The notes beneath the pieces were generated by a model. That model was given only the letters and a program-made list of their open reading frames with translations. It searched no databases and was not told the origin of the DNA. Below, piece after piece: positions 11,450-20,883 of a DNA stretch of 24,428 nucleotides (the first letter of the stretch is position 1; each line of letters starts with the position of its first letter). This DNA is from a virus (lineage: Duplodnaviria > Heunggongvirae > Uroviricota > Caudoviricetes): IMG/VR virus record IMGVR_UViG_2734482543_000012. One strand, given 5' to 3'. Position numbers and translations under genes: made by a program.

Positions 11450-14040
11450 ACCGGTAGGCGATCTGGTCGTTGATTTGAGTCTGGATGCGGCCAGATTTGA
11501 CGAGCAGATGGCCAGAGTCAGGCGTCATTTTTCCGGTACGGAAAGTGATGCGAAAAAAACAGCGGCAGTCGTTGAACAGTCGCTGAGCCGACAGGCGCTG
11601 GCTGCACAGAAAGCGGGGATTTCCGTCGGGCAGTATAAAGCCGCCATGCGTATGCTGCCTGCACAGTTCACCGACGTGGCCACGCAGCTTGCAGGGGGGC
11701 AGAATCCCTGGCTGATCCTGCTGCAACAGGGTGGTCAGGTTAAGGACTCCTTCGGCGGGATGATCCCCATGTTCAGGGGGCTTGCCGGCGCGATCACCCT
11801 GCCGATGGTGGGGGCCACCTCGCTGGCGGTGGCGACCGGTGCGCTGGCGTATGCCTGGTATCAGGGCAACTCAACCCTGTCCGATTTCAACAAAACGCTG
11901 GTCCTTTCCGGTAATCAGGCGGGACTGACGGCAGATCGTATGCTGGTCCTGTCCAGAGCCGGGCAGGCGGCAGGGCTGACGTTTAACCAGACCAGCGAGT
12001 CACTCAGCGCACTGGTTAAGGCGGGGGTAAGCGGTGAGGCTCAGATTGCGTCCATCAGCCAGAGTGTGGCGCGTTTCTCCTATGCATCCGGCGTGGAGGT
12101 GGACAAGGTCGCTGAAGCCTTCGGGAAGCTGACCACAGACCCGACGTCGGGGCTGACGGCGATGGCACGCCAGTTCCATAACGTGACGGCGGAGCAGATT
12201 GCGTATGTTGCTCAGTTGCAGCGTTCCGGCGATGAAGCCGGGGCATTGCAGGCGGCGAACGAGGCCGCAACGAAAGGGTTTGATGACCAGACCCGCCGCC
12301 TGAAAGAGAACATGGGCACGCTGGAGACCTGGGCAGACAGGACTGCACGTGCATTCAAATCCATGTGGGATGCGGTGCTGGATATTGGTCGTCCTGATAC
12401 CGCGCAGGAGATGCTGATTAAGGCAGAGGCTGCGTTTAAGAAAGCAGACGACATCTGGAATCTGCGCAAGGATGATTATTTCGTTAACGATGAAGCACGG
12501 GCGCGTTACTGGGATGATCGTGAAAAAAAACGCCTGGAGCGGGATGCAGCCCAAAAGAGGGTAGATCAACAGCGTCAACAGGACAAAAATGCGCAGCAGC
12601 AGAGCGATACCGAAGCGTCACGGCTGAAATATACCGAAGAGGCGCAGAAGGCTTACGAACGGCTGCAGACGCCGCTGGAGAAATATACCGCCCGTCAGGA
12701 AGAACTGAACAAGGCACTGAAAGACGGAAAAATCCTGCAGGCAGATTACAACACGCTGATGGCGGCGGCGAAAAAGGATTATGAAGCGACGCTGAAAAAG
12801 CCGAAACAGTCCGGCGTGAAGGTGTATGCGGGCGATCGTCAGGAAGACAGTGCTCATGCGGCCCTGCTGACGCTTCAGGCAGAACTCCGGACGCTGGAGA
12901 AGCATGCCGGAGCGAATGAGAAAATCAGCCAGCAGCGCCGGGATTTGTGGAAGGCAGAAAGTCAGTTCGCGGTACTGGAGGAGGCGGCACAACGTCGCCA
13001 GCTGTCCGCACAGGAGAAATCCCTGCTGGCGCATAAAGACGAGACGCTGGAGTACAAACGCCAGCTGGCTGCACTTGGTGACAAGGTTACGTATCAGGAG
13101 CACCTGAATGCGCTGGCGCAGCAGGCGGATAAATTCGCACAGCAGCAACGGGCAAAACGGGCAGCCATTGATGCGAAAAACCGGGGGCTGACTGACCGGC
13201 AGGCAGCGCGGGAAGCCACGGAACAGCGCCTGAAGGAACAGTATGGCGATAATCCTCTGGCGCTGAATAACGTCATGTCAGAGCAGAAAAAGACCTGGGC
13301 GGCTGAAGACCAGCTTCGCGGGAGCTGGATGGCAGGCCTGAAGTCCGGCTGGAGTGAGTGGGAAGAGAGCGCCACGGACAGTATGTCACAGGTTAAAAGT
13401 GCAGCCACGCAGACCTNNNNNNNNNNNNNNNNNNNNNNNNNNNNNNNNNNNNNNNNNNNNNNNNNNNNNNNNNNNNNNNNNNNNNNNNNNNNNNNNNNNN
13501 NNNNNNNNNNNNNNNNNNNNNNNNNNNNNNNNNNNNNNNNNNNNNNNNNNNNNNNNNNNNNNNNNNNNNNNNNNNNNNNNNNNNNNNNNNNNNNNNNNNN
13601 NNNNNNNNNNNNNNNNNNNNNNNNNNNNNNNNNNNNNNNNNNNNNNNNNNNNNNNNNNNNNNNNNNNNNNNNNNNNNNNNNNNNNNNNNNNNNNNNNNAC
13701 CGGCGGCAAATATGAGCCAGCGGGGATTGTTCACCGTGGTGAATTTGTCTTCACGAAGGAGGCAACCAGCCGGATTGGCGTGGGGAATCTCTACCGGCTG
13801 ATGCGCGGCTATGCGGAAGGTGGTTATGTGGGCGGTGCCGGAAGTCCGGCGCAGATGCGGCGGGCTGAAGGCATTAATTTTAATCAGAACAATCACGTGG
13901 TGATTCAGAACGACGGTACGAATGGTCTGCCAGGTCCACAGATGATGAAGGCCGTGTATGACATGGCCCGCAAGGGTGCCCGTGATGAAATTCAGACACA
14001 GATGCGTGATGGTGGCCTGTTCTCCGGAGGTGGACGATGA
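11442..14040 (+). CDS. H: Tail tape-measure protein gpH, interrupted by an N-run (13417-13698). The two halves are in different frames because the gap length is arbitrary.
   Basis: N-terminal part MAEPVGDLVVDLSLDAARFDEQMARVRRHFSGTESDAKK... and C-terminal part ...GGKYEPAGIVHRGEFVFTKEATSRIGVGNLYRLMRGYA...QTQMRDGGLFSGGGR both match lambda gpH. The stop overlaps the M start as in lambda. Confidence 0.9.
13417..13698. other. Assembly gap / masked sequence (282 N) inside the tape-measure gene
   Basis: Continuous run of n characters. By comparison with lambda H length, roughly 245 nt of real sequence would be expected here, so the gap size is not exact. Confidence 0.95.
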
Positions 14041-14366
14041 AAACCTTCCGCTGGAAAGTGAAACCCGGTATGGATGTGGCTTCGGCCCCTTCTGTAAGAA
14101 AGGTGCGCTTTGGTGATGGCTATTCCCAGCGAGCGCCTGCCGGGCTGAATGCCAACCTGAAAACGTACAGCGTGACGCTTTCTGTCCCCCGTGAGGAGGC
14201 CATGGTACTGGAGTCGTTTCTGGAAGAGCACGGGGGCTGGAAAGCCTTTCTGTGGACGCCGCCTTATGAGTGGCGGCAGATAAAGGTGACCTGCGCAAAA
14301 TGGTCGTCGCGGGTCAGTATGCTGCGTGTTGAGTTCAGCGCAGAGTTTGAACAGGTGGTGAACTGA
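14037..14366 (+). CDS. M: Tail tip assembly protein gpM (109 aa)
   Basis: MKTFRWKVKPGMDVASAPSVRKVRFGDGYSQRAPAGLNANLKTYSVTLSVPREE... matches lambda gpM. Confidence 0.95.
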   Translation: MKTFRWKVKPGMDVASAPSVRKVRFGDGYSQRAPAGLNANLKTYSVTLSVPREEAMVLESFLEEHGGWKAFLWTPPYEWRQIKVTCAKWSSRVSMLRVEFSAEFEQVVN

Positions 14367-15064
14367 TGCAGGATATCCGGCAGGAAACACTGAATGAATG
14401 CACCCGTGCGGAGCAGTCGGCCAGCGTGGTGCTCTGGGAAATCGATCTGACAGAGGTCGGTGGAGAACGTTATTTTTTCTGTAATGAGCAGAACGAAAAA
14501 GGTGAGCCGGTCACCTGGCAGGGGCGACAGTATCAGCCGTATCCCATTCAGGGGAGTGGTTTTGAACTGAATGGCAAAGGCACCAGTACGCGCCCCACGC
14601 TGATGGTTTCTAACCTGTACGGTATGGTCACCGGGATGGCGGAAGATCTACAGAGTCTGGTCGGCGGAACGGTGGTCCGGCGTAAGGTTTACGCCCGTTT
14701 TCTGGATGCGGTGAACTTCGTCAACGGAAACAGTGACGCCGATCCGGAGCAGGAGGTGATCAGCCGCTGGCGCATTGAGCAGTGCAGCGAACTGAGCGCG
14801 GTGAGTGCCTCTTTTGTACTGTCCACGCCGACGGAAACAGATGGCGCTGTTTTTCCGGGACGTATCATGCTGGCCAACACCTGCACCTGGACCTATCGCG
14901 GCGATGAGTGCGGTTATCACGGTCCGGCGGTCGCGGATGAATATGACCAGCCAACGTCCGACATCACGAAGGATAAATGCAGCAAATGCCTGAGTGGCTG
15001 TAAGTTTCGCAATAACGTCGGCAACTTTGGCGGCTTCCTTTCCATTAACAAACTTTCGCAGTAA
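14366..15064 (+). CDS. L: Tail tip protein gpL (232 aa)
   Basis: MQDIRQETLNECTRAEQSASVVLWEIDLTEVGGERYFFCNEQNEKGEPVTWQGRQYQPYPIQG... matches lambda gpL, including C-terminal cysteines consistent with its Fe-S cluster. Start overlaps the M stop (TGATG). Confidence 0.95.
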   Translation: MQDIRQETLNECTRAEQSASVVLWEIDLTEVGGERYFFCNEQNEKGEPVTWQGRQYQPYPIQGSGFELNGKGTSTRPTLMVSNLYGMVTGMAEDLQSLVGGTVVRRKVYARFLDAVNFVNGNSDADPEQEVISRWRIEQCSELSAVSASFVLSTPTETDGAVFPGRIMLANTCTWTYRGDECGYHGPAVADEYDQPTSDITKDKCSKCLSGCKFRNNVGNFGGFLSINKLSQ

Positions 15065-15069
15065 ATCCC

Positions 15070-15813
15070 ATGACAGAGACAGAATCAGCGATTCTGGCGC
15101 ACGCCCGGCGATGTGCTCCAGCGGAGTCGTGCGGCTTCGTGGTAAGAACGCCGGAGGGGGAAAGATATTTCCCCTGCGTGAATATCTCCGGTGAGCCGGA
15201 GGCGTATTTCCGTATGTCGCCGGAAGACTGGCTGCAGGCAGAGATGCAGGGTGAGATTGTGGCACTGGTCCACAGCCACCCCGGTGGTCTGCCCTGGCTG
15301 AGTGAGGCCGACCGGCGGCTGCAGGTGCAGAGTGATTTGCCGTGGTGGCTGGTCTGCCGGGGGGCGATTCACAAGTTCCGCTGTGTGCCACATCTTACCG
15401 GGCGGCGCTTTGAGCACGGGGTGACGGACTGTTACACGCTGTTCCGGGATGCTTACCATCTGGCGGGGATTGAGATGCCGGATTTTCATCGTGAGGATGA
15501 CTGGTGGCGTCACGGTCAGAATCTCTATCTGGATAATCTGGAGGCCACAGGGCTGTATCAGGTGCCGTTGTCAGCGGCGCAGCCGGGCGATGTGCTGCTG
15601 TGCTGTTTTGGTTCATCGGTGCCGAATCATGCCGCCATTTACTGTGGTGACGGCGAGCTGCTGCACCATATTCCTGAACAACTGAGCAAACGAGAGAGGT
15701 ATACCGACAAATGGCAGCGACGCACACACTCCCTCTGGCGTCACCGGGCATGGCACGCATCTGCCTTTACGGGGATTTGCAACGATTTGGCCGCCGCATC
15801 GACCTTCGTGTGA
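15070..15813 (+). CDS. K: Tail tip assembly protein gpK, full-length 247-aa form with an N-terminal JAB/MPN (JAMM) domain and a C-terminal NlpC/P60-like Cys-His domain. The classical 199-aa lambda annotation corresponds to the internal ATG near 15214.
   Basis: ORF starts 5 nt after the L stop. Contains the JAMM-type motif HSHPGGLPWLSEAD with an upstream Glu, plus Cys (DCYTLFRDAYHLAG) and His (NHAAIYCGDGELLHH) typical of NlpC/P60. The C-terminal 199 aa match lambda gpK. 103-nt overlap with I as in lambda. Confidence 0.85.
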   Translation: MTETESAILAHARRCAPAESCGFVVRTPEGERYFPCVNISGEPEAYFRMSPEDWLQAEMQGEIVALVHSHPGGLPWLSEADRRLQVQSDLPWWLVCRGAIHKFRCVPHLTGRRFEHGVTDCYTLFRDAYHLAGIEMPDFHREDDWWRHGQNLYLDNLEATGLYQVPLSAAQPGDVLLCCFGSSVPNHAAIYCGDGELLHHIPEQLSKRERYTDKWQRRTHSLWRHRAWHASAFTGICNDLAAASTFV

Positions 15814-16382
15814 AAACGGGTGCCGAAGCCATCCGGGCGATGGCCACACAGCTCCCTGCGTTTCGTCAGAAGCTGAGCGACGGCTGGTATCAGGTGCGTA
15901 TTGCCGGGCAGGATGTTAGCACGTCCGGATTAACGGCACAGTTACATGAGGCTCTGCCTGACGGCGCTGTGATTCATATTGTTCCCAGAGTCGCCGGGGC
16001 CAAGTCAGGTGGTGTATTCCAGATTGTCCTGGGAGCAGCCGCCATTGCCGGATCATTCTTTACCGCCGGAGCCACCCTTGCAGCATGGGGGGCTGCCATT
16101 GGTGCCGGTGGTATGACCGGCATTCTGTTTTCTCTCGGTGCCAGTATGGTGCTCGGCGGTGTGGCTCAGATGCTGGCACCGAAAGCCAGAACTCCCCGCA
16201 CACAGACAACGGATAACGGTAAGCAGAACACCTATTTCTCCTCACTGGATAACATGGTTGCCCAGGGCAATGTTATGCCTGTTCTGTATGGTGAAATGCG
16301 CGTGGGGTCACGTGTGGTATCTCAGGAGATCAGCACGGCAGACGAAGGGGACGGTGGTCAGGTTGTGGTGATTGGTCGCTGA
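15711..16382 (+). CDS. I: Tail tip assembly protein gpI (223 aa)
   Basis: MAATHTLPLASPGMARICLYGDLQRFGRRIDLRVKTGAEAIRAMATQLPAFRQK... matches lambda gpI. Confidence 0.95.
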   Translation: MAATHTLPLASPGMARICLYGDLQRFGRRIDLRVKTGAEAIRAMATQLPAFRQKLSDGWYQVRIAGQDVSTSGLTAQLHEALPDGAVIHIVPRVAGAKSGGVFQIVLGAAAIAGSFFTAGATLAAWGAAIGAGGMTGILFSLGASMVLGGVAQMLAPKARTPRTQTTDNGKQNTYFSSLDNMVAQGNVMPVLYGEMRVGSRVVSQEISTADEGDGGQVVVIGR

Positions 16383-16442
16383 TGCAAAATGTTTTATGTG
16401 AAATCGCCTCCGGGCGGTTTTATCGTTTATGGAGCATGACGA

Positions 16443-19400
16443 ATGGGTAAAGGCAGCAGTAAGGGGCATACCCCGCGCGAAGCGAAGGACAACCTGAAGT
16501 CCACGCAGCTGCTGAGTGTGATCGATGCCATCAGCGAAGGGCCGGTTGAAGGTCCGGTGGATGGATTAAAAAGCGTGCTGCTGAACAGTACGCCGGTGCT
16601 GGACAGTGAGGGGAATACCAACATCTCCGGCGTCACGGTGGTGTTCCGGGCAGGTGAGCAGGAGCAGTCACCGCCGGAGGGATTTGAATCCTCCGGCTCC
16701 GAGACGGTGCTGGGTACGGAAGTGAAATATGACACGCCGATCACCCGGACCATCACGTCGGCAAACATTGACCGACTGCGTTTTACCTTCGGTGTACAGG
16801 CACTGGTGGAAACCACCTCAAAGGGAGACAGGAATCCGTCTGAAGTTCGCCTGCTGGTTCAGATACAGCGTAACGGTGGCTGGGTGACGGAAAAAGACAT
16901 CACCATTAAGGGCAAAACCACCTCGCAGTATCTGGCCTCGGTGGTGGTGGATAACCTGCCGCCGCGCCCGTTTAATATCCGGATGCGCAGAATGACGCCG
17001 GACAGCACCACAGACCAGCTGCAGAACAAAACGCTCTGGTCGTCATACACCGAAATCATCGATGTGAAACAGTGCTACCCGAACACGGCACTGGTCGGCG
17101 TACAGGTGGATTCGGAGCAGTTCGGCAGCCAGCAGGTGAGCCGTAATTATCATCTTCGCGGGCGCATTCTGCAGGTGCCGTCGAACTATAATCCGCAGAC
17201 GCGGCAATACAGCGGTATCTGGGACGGAACGTTAAAACCGGCATACAGCAACAACATGGCCTGGTGTCTGTGGGATATGCTGACCCATCCGCGCTATGGC
17301 ATGGGGAAACGTCTTGGTGCGGCAGATGTGGATAAATGGGCGCTGTATGTCATCGGCCAGTACTGTGACCAGTCGGTGCCGGACGGCTTTGGCAGCACGG
17401 AGCCGCGCATCACCTGTAATGCCTGGCTGACCACACAGCGCAAGGCGTGGGATGTGCTCAGTGATTTCTGCTCGGCGATGCGCTGTATGCCGGTATGGAA
17501 CGGGCAGACGCTGACGTTCGTGCAGGACCGACAGTCGGATAAGGTGTGGGCCTATAACCGCAGTAATGTGGTGATGCCGGATGATGGCGCGCCGTTCCGC
17601 TACAGTTTCAGCGCCCTGAAAGACCGCCATAATGCCGTTGAGGTGAACTGGATTGACCCGGATAACGGCTGGGAGACGGCGACAGAGCTTGTGGAGGATA
17701 CGCAGGCCATTGTCCGTTACGGTCGTAACGTCACGAAGATGGATGCCTTTGGCTGTACCAGCCGGGGGCAGGCACACCGCGCCGGGCTGTGGCTGATTAA
17801 AACGGAACTGCTGGAGACGCAGACCGTGGATTTCAGCGTGGGTGCTGAAGGGCTTCGTCATGTACCGGGCGATGTCATTGAAATCTGCGATGATGACTAT
17901 GCCGGTATCCGCACCGGCGGGCGCGTGCTGGCGGTGAACAGCCAGACCCGGACGCTGACGCTCGACCGTGAAATCACGCTGCCATCCTCCGGCACCACGC
18001 TGATAAGCCTGGTTGACGGGCAGGGGAATCCGGTCAGCGTGGAGGTCCAGTCCGTCACCGACGGCGTGAAGGTAAAAGTGAGCCGTGTTCCTGACGGTGT
18101 TGCTGAATACAGCGTGTGGGGGCTGAAGCTGCCGACGCTGCACCAGCGATTGTTCCGCTGCGTGAGTATCCGTGAGAACGACGACGGCACGTATGCCATC
18201 ACCGCCGTGCAGCATGTGCCGGAAAAAGAAGCCATCGTGGATAACGGGGCGCACTTTGACGGCGACCAGAGCGGCACGGTGAATGGTGTCACGCCGCCAG
18301 CGGTGCAGCACCTGACTGCCGAAGTCACCGCAGACAGCGGGGAATATCAGGTGCTGGCGCGCTGGGACACGCCGAAGGTGGTGAAGGGCGTGAGCTTCCT
18401 GCTCCGTCTGACCGTAACAGCGGATGACGGCAGTGAGCGGCTGGTCAGCACGGCCCGGACGACGGAAACCACTTACCGCTTCACACAACTGGCGCTGGGG
18501 AACTACAGGCTGACAGTCCGGGCAGTAAATGCGTGGGGGCAGCAGGGCGATCCGGCGTCGGTATCGTTCCGGATTGCCGCACCGGCAGCGCTGTCGCGGA
18601 TTGAGCTGACGCCGGGCTATTTTCAGATAACCGCCACGCCGCATCTTGCGGTTTATGATCCGACGGTACAGTTTGAGTTCTGGTTCTCGGAAAAGCGGAT
18701 TGCGGATATCAGGCAGGTTGAAACCACAGCACGCTATCTTGGCACGGCGCTGTACTGGATAGCCGCCAGTATCAATATCAAACCGGGCCATGATTATTAC
18801 TTTTATATCCGCAGTGTGAACACCGTTGGCAAATCGGCATTCGTGGAGGCTGTTGGTCAGCCGAGTGATGATGCATCCGGTTATCTGGATTTTTTCAAAG
18901 GCGAGATAGGGAAAACCCATCTGGCTCAGGAGCTGTGGACGCAGATTGATAACGGTCAGCTTGCGCCTGACCTGGCTGAAATCAGGACGTCCATTACGGA
19001 TGTCAGCAATGAAATCACGCAGACCGTCAATAAGAAACTGGAAGACCAGAGTGCGGCAATTCAGCAGATACAGAAGGTTCAGGTTGATACAAATAATAAC
19101 CTGAACAGCATGTGGGCTGTGAAGCTGCAGCAGATGCAGGACGGACGCCTTTATATCGCGGGTATTGGTGCCGGTATTGAGAACACCCCTGACGGCATGC
19201 AGAGTCAGGTGCTGCTGGCGGCGGACAGGATTGCGATGGTTAATCCTGCGAATGGCAACACAAAACCGATGTTTGTTGGTCAGGGCGATCAGATATTCAT
19301 GAACGACGTGTTCCTGAAACGCCTGACGGCCCCCACCATTACCAGCGGTGGAAATCCATCGGCATTTTCCCTGACTCCGGACGGAAAGCTGACCGCTAAA

Positions 19401-19940
19401 AATGCGGATATCAGTGGCAGTGTGAATGCGAACGCCGGGACGCTCAACAATGTCACGGTAAATGAAAACTGTACGATTAAGGGCATGCTGGAGGCGACTC
19501 AGGTCAGAGGTGACTTCGTTAAAGCTGTATCCAAATCATTTCCGAAACAGGCTGGTACGTGGGGTAACACGGAAACACCAAACGGGACGGTTACAGTCAC
19601 CATAAGCGATGATCATAACTTTGACCGCCAGATTATTATTCCGCCCATTATTTTTAACGGTATAGCGTATGACGATCCGGGGAGCGGAAATAACCCAGGA
19701 GGCACGCGATACACGGGTTATGGTTTTGAAGTTCGCAAAAACGGCGTATTAATCGCATCCAGAGAAACTAAAGGTGCCATTCCCGGTAGTTACAGTGCAG
19801 TTATTGATATGCCTAGTGGTGGTGGTAGCGTCACTCTGGAGTTTAAGATTTTCCAGAAAGGCAATCAGGGGGCAGGCAATATCACCGACTGTACGGTGAT
19901 TGTGACCAAAAAAGCGGCTTCCGGCATCAGTATTCGTTGA
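16443..19940 (+). CDS. J: Central tail fibre / tip attachment (host-specificity) protein gpJ, 1165 aa. The N-terminal roughly 800 aa are lambda-like; the distal C-terminal receptor-binding region diverges from lambda J.
   Basis: [54 protein letters not shown]... and most of the body are near-identical to lambda gpJ (1132 aa in lambda). The C-terminal about 150 aa (..[32 protein letters not shown]...[10 protein letters not shown]) do not match my recollection of the lambda LamB-binding C-terminus. Confidence 0.95.
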   Translation: MGKGSSKGHTPREAKDNLKSTQLLSVIDAISEGPVEGPVDGLKSVLLNSTPVLDSEGNTNISGVTVVFRAGEQEQSPPEGFESSGSETVLGTEVKYDTPITRTITSANIDRLRFTFGVQALVETTSKGDRNPSEVRLLVQIQRNGGWVTEKDITIKGKTTSQYLASVVVDNLPPRPFNIRMRRMTPDSTTDQLQNKTLWSSYTEIIDVKQCYPNTALVGVQVDSEQFGSQQVSRNYHLRGRILQVPSNYNPQTRQYSGIWDGTLKPAYSNNMAWCLWDMLTHPRYGMGKRLGAADVDKWALYVIGQYCDQSVPDGFGSTEPRITCNAWLTTQRKAWDVLSDFCSAMRCMPVWNGQTLTFVQDRQSDKVWAYNRSNVVMPDDGAPFRYSFSALKDRHNAVEVNWIDPDNGWETATELVEDTQAIVRYGRNVTKMDAFGCTSRGQAHRAGLWLIKTELLETQTVDFSVGAEGLRHVPGDVIEICDDDYAGIRTGGRVLAVNSQTRTLTLDREITLPSSGTTLISLVDGQGNPVSVEVQSVTDGVKVKVSRVPDGVAEYSVWGLKLPTLHQRLFRCVSIRENDDGTYAITAVQHVPEKEAIVDNGAHFDGDQSGTVNGVTPPAVQHLTAEVTADSGEYQVLARWDTPKVVKGVSFLLRLTVTADDGSERLVSTARTTETTYRFTQLALGNYRLTVRAVNAWGQQGDPASVSFRIAAPAALSRIELTPGYFQITATPHLAVYDPTVQFEFWFSEKRIADIRQVETTARYLGTALYWIAASINIKPGHDYYFYIRSVNTVGKSAFVEAVGQPSDDASGYLDFFKGEIGKTHLAQELWTQIDNGQLAPDLAEIRTSITDVSNEITQTVNKKLEDQSAAIQQIQKVQVDTNNNLNSMWAVKLQQMQDGRLYIAGIGAGIENTPDGMQSQVLLAADRIAMVNPANGNTKPMFVGQGDQIFMNDVFLKRLTAPTITSGGNPSAFSLTPDGKLTAKNADISGSVNANAGTLNNVTVNENCTIKGMLEATQVRGDFVKAVSKSFPKQAGTWGNTETPNGTVTVTISDDHNFDRQIIIPPIIFNGIAYDDPGSGNNPGGTRYTGYGFEVRKNGVLIASRETKGAIPGSYSAVIDMPSGGGSVTLEFKIFQKGNQGAGNITDCTVIVTKKAASGISIR

Positions 19941-19962
19941 AATATTTATAACCCCAATAAAT

Positions 19963-19987
19963 GGCGTCAGGAATGACGCCTTTTTTA
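19963..19987 (+). terminator. Rho-independent terminator-like hairpin downstream of J
   Basis: GGCGTCA-GGAA-TGACGCC inverted repeat followed by TTTTTTATT, about 20 nt after the J stop. Coordinates by eye, within 2 nt. Confidence 0.6.
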
Positions 19988-20010
19988 TTGCAGAAAAGCG
20001 AGAGGTAATT

Positions 20011-20819
20011 ATGCGTAAAGTTTGTGCAGCCATTTTGTCCGCAGCCATTTGCCTGGCCGTATCCGGTGCGCCTGCATGGGCGTCTGAACATCAGTCCACG
20101 CTGAGCGCGGGGTATCTTCATGCCCGGACCAACGTTCCCGGCAGTGATGATCTGAACGGGATTAACGTGAAATACCGTTATGAGTTTACGGATACGCTGG
20201 GGCTGGTGACGTCATTCAGCTATGCAGGAGACAAGAATCGCCAGCTGACCCGTTACAGCGATACCCGCTGGCATGAAGATTCCGTGCGTAACCGCTGGTT
20301 CAGCGTGATGGCGGGGCCGTCTGTGCGCGTGAATGAATGGTTCAGCGCGTATGCGATGGCGGGTGTGGCTTACAGCCGTGTGTCGACTTTTTCCGGGGAT
20401 TATATCCGCGTAACTGACAATAAGGGGAAAACGCACGATGTGCTGACCGGAAGTGATGACGGTCGCCACAGCAACACGTCTCTGNNNNNNNNNNNNNNNN
20501 NNNNNNNNNNNNNNNNNNNNNNNNNNNNNNNNNNNNNNNNNNNNNNNNNNNNNNNNNNNNNNNNNNNNNNNNNNNNNNNNNNNNNNNNNNNNNNNNNNNN
20601 NNNNNNNNNNNNNNNNNNNNNNNNNNNNNNNNNNNNNNNNNNNNNNNNNNNNNNNNNNNNNNNNNNNNNNNNNNNNNNNNNNNNNNNNNNNNNNNNNNNN
20701 NNNNNNNNNNNNNNNNNNNCCCGACCGAATCCGTGGCCATTGATATTGCTTATGAAGGCTCCGGCAGTGGCGACTGGCGCACTGACGGTTTCATCGTGGG
20801 TGTCGGTTATAAGTTCTGA
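20011..20819 (+). CDS. lom: Outer-membrane beta-barrel protein of the Lom/Ail/PagC/OmpX family (lysogen-expressed moron), interrupted by an N-run. The N-terminal part diverges from lambda Lom; the C-terminal 32 aa are lambda-like.
   Basis: N-terminal signal peptide (MRKVCAAILSAAICLAVSGAPAWA), alternating-hydrophobic beta-strand segments (GINVKYRYEFTDTLGLVTSFSYAG, WFSAYAMAGVAYSRV), and C-terminal ...VAIDIAYEGSGSGDWRTDGFIVGVGYKF ending in aromatic F, as in lambda Lom. Position between J and stf as in lambda. The frame differs across the gap (gap artefact). Confidence 0.85.
20485..20719. other. Assembly gap / masked sequence (235 N) inside lom
   Basis: Continuous run of n characters. Alignment of the flanking Lom segments to lambda Lom suggests only about 10 codons are missing, so the run length is not informative, or extra sequence is hidden. 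Confidence 0.95.
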
Positions 20820-20844
20820 TTAGCCAGGTAACACAGTGTTATGA

Positions 20845-20873
20845 CAGCCCGCCGGTTCAGGCGGGCTTTTTTG
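20845..20873 (+). terminator. Rho-independent terminator-like hairpin downstream of lom
   Basis: AGCCCGCC-GGTTCA-GGCGGGCT GC-rich inverted repeat followed by TTTTTTG, about 25 nt after the lom stop. Coordinates by eye, within 2 nt. Confidence 0.65.
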
Positions 20874-20883
20874 TGGGGTGAAT

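Noticed and set aside
12000-13148. Several minus-strand ORFs (for example 12000-12578, 12618-13148) inside H
   Set aside because: Antisense to the tape-measure gene; no start or RBS context; shadow ORFs.
13417-13698. H as a frameshifted pseudogene
   Set aside because: The frame discontinuity coincides exactly with a run of N of arbitrary length; both flanks are lambda-like. Treated as an assembly artefact pending gap closure.
14648-15391. 247-aa minus-strand ORF spanning the L/K region
   Set aside because: Antisense to two conserved tail-tip genes; the compositionally biased translation (Ala/Pro/Arg-rich) suggests an artefact.
16383-16442. Short GC stem plus T-run between I and J
   Set aside because: Stem is only about 4 bp and sits in a region that must be read through for J expression; too weak to call a terminator.
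17232-18920. 562-aa ORF on the minus strand, antisense to J
   Set aside because: Lies entirely within the well-supported J coding region. GC-rich coding DNA commonly leaves long antisense open frames. The translation is Arg/Pro/His-rich with no recognisable domain.
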